In this document: piece by piece, positions 32,689 to 32,993 of the stretch
Position numbering within the stretch: position 1 is the stretch's first letter
How the letters are laid out: every line of letters begins with the position of its first letter
Assembly: GCA_964406835.1 (NCBI GenBank)
Contig: CAYOTH010000001.1
Coordinates: 1 to 32,993, forward strand
Source of the DNA: an uncultured Oscillospiraceae bacterium
Lineage (GTDB): Bacteria > Bacillota > Clostridia > Christensenellales > Aristaeellaceae
Reading direction: 5' to 3'
Length of the DNA stretch: 32,993 nt
Notes under the pieces: generated by a model
Seen by the model: the letters and a program-made list of their open reading frames with translations, nothing else
Database searches by the model: none
What the model was told of the DNA's origin: nothing
Translations under genes and position numbers: made by a program

Positions 32689-32993
32689 TTGAAGAGAGAA
32701 GACCTTAGAAATATAGCGATTATTGCGCACGTTGACCACGGCAAGACCACGCTGGTTGACGAGATGCTCAAGCAGGGCGGCGTGTTCCGCGCCAACCAGC
32801 AGGTGGCCGACCGCGTCATGGACTCCAACGATCTGGAGCGTGAGCGCGGCATCACAATCCTTTCCAAAAATACTGCGGTTCATTACGGCAATACCAAGAT
32901 CAATATTGTCGATACCCCTGGCCACGCGGATTTCTCCGGTGAAGTTGAGCGCGTGCTGAAGACCGTCAGCGGCGTGCTGCTGCTGGTGGATTC
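32689..32993 (+). CDS. typA: Translational GTPase TypA/BipA, 5' partial (runs off the window)
   Basis: My own translation gives (L)[92 protein letters not shown] start 9 nt after GAAGGAG. It is absent from the ORF track, presumably because there is no stop within the window. Confidence 0.85.
   Translation, partial: MKREDLRNIAIIAHVDHGKTTLVDEMLKQGGVFRANQQVADRVMDSNDLERERGITILSKNTAVHYGNTKINIVDTPGHADFSGEVERVLKTVSGVLLLVD

Noticed and set aside
1-32993. Mobile element, prophage or classic defence-island signatures
   Set aside because: No integrase, transposase, recombinase, terminal inverted repeats, tRNA attachment site or phage structural genes were recognised. The only strong compositional anomaly is internal to the VWA gene, with a second short AT-rich promoter region at 14.52-14.62 kb.

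Overview
This is a high-GC (about 60% by eye) chromosomal window that looks like Firmicutes/Clostridia, based on SipW-type signal peptidase, class B sortase, AddA, TypA and GGAGG-type RBSs. All calls come from reading motifs by eye; no searches were run. Most of the window is housekeeping or accessory metabolism: PrsA/SurA-like PPIase, AraC regulator, Gfo/Idh/MocA oxidoreductase, GH78 alpha-L-rhamnosidase, DusB, an M1-peptidase-like protein, RNase Z, a GtrB-like GT2, a COG4586-type ABC transporter, AddA and TypA. Two parts stand out. (1) At 14.6-26.1 kb there is an apparently single-direction locus behind a perfect consensus promoter. It encodes a SipW-type signal peptidase, five paralogous proteins with SipW-dependent (TasA/camelysin-type) signal peptides, a CHAP+SH3b peptidoglycan hydrolase with tandem repeats, and a 1049-aa VWA/MIDAS protein with a low-GC insert and a G10 tract. 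It also encodes a TasA-motif protein with a PQTG cell-wall sorting signal, and a class B sortase. I read this as a candidate hybrid SipW-dependent, sortase-anchored surface fibre system, and it is my top candidate for something undescribed. (2) At 3.8-6.4 kb there is a translationally coupled MotA/ExbB-like and MotB/OmpA-like pair. The A subunit has a roughly 330-aa helical tail and the B subunit a roughly 130-aa coiled coil. The architecture resembles ZorAB, but no effector or flagellar genes are present. Several genes are damaged. A perfect 221-bp tandem duplication breaks the rhamnosidase gene. Three frameshifts, two of them compensating, break both ABC-2 permease genes. A 46-aa ORF that looks like a sortase-B membrane anchor sits just before the sortase gene. 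These lesions may be real pseudogenisation or reversible switching, or they may be assembly errors. No CRISPR array, tRNA/rRNA, transposase, integrase or prophage genes were seen.
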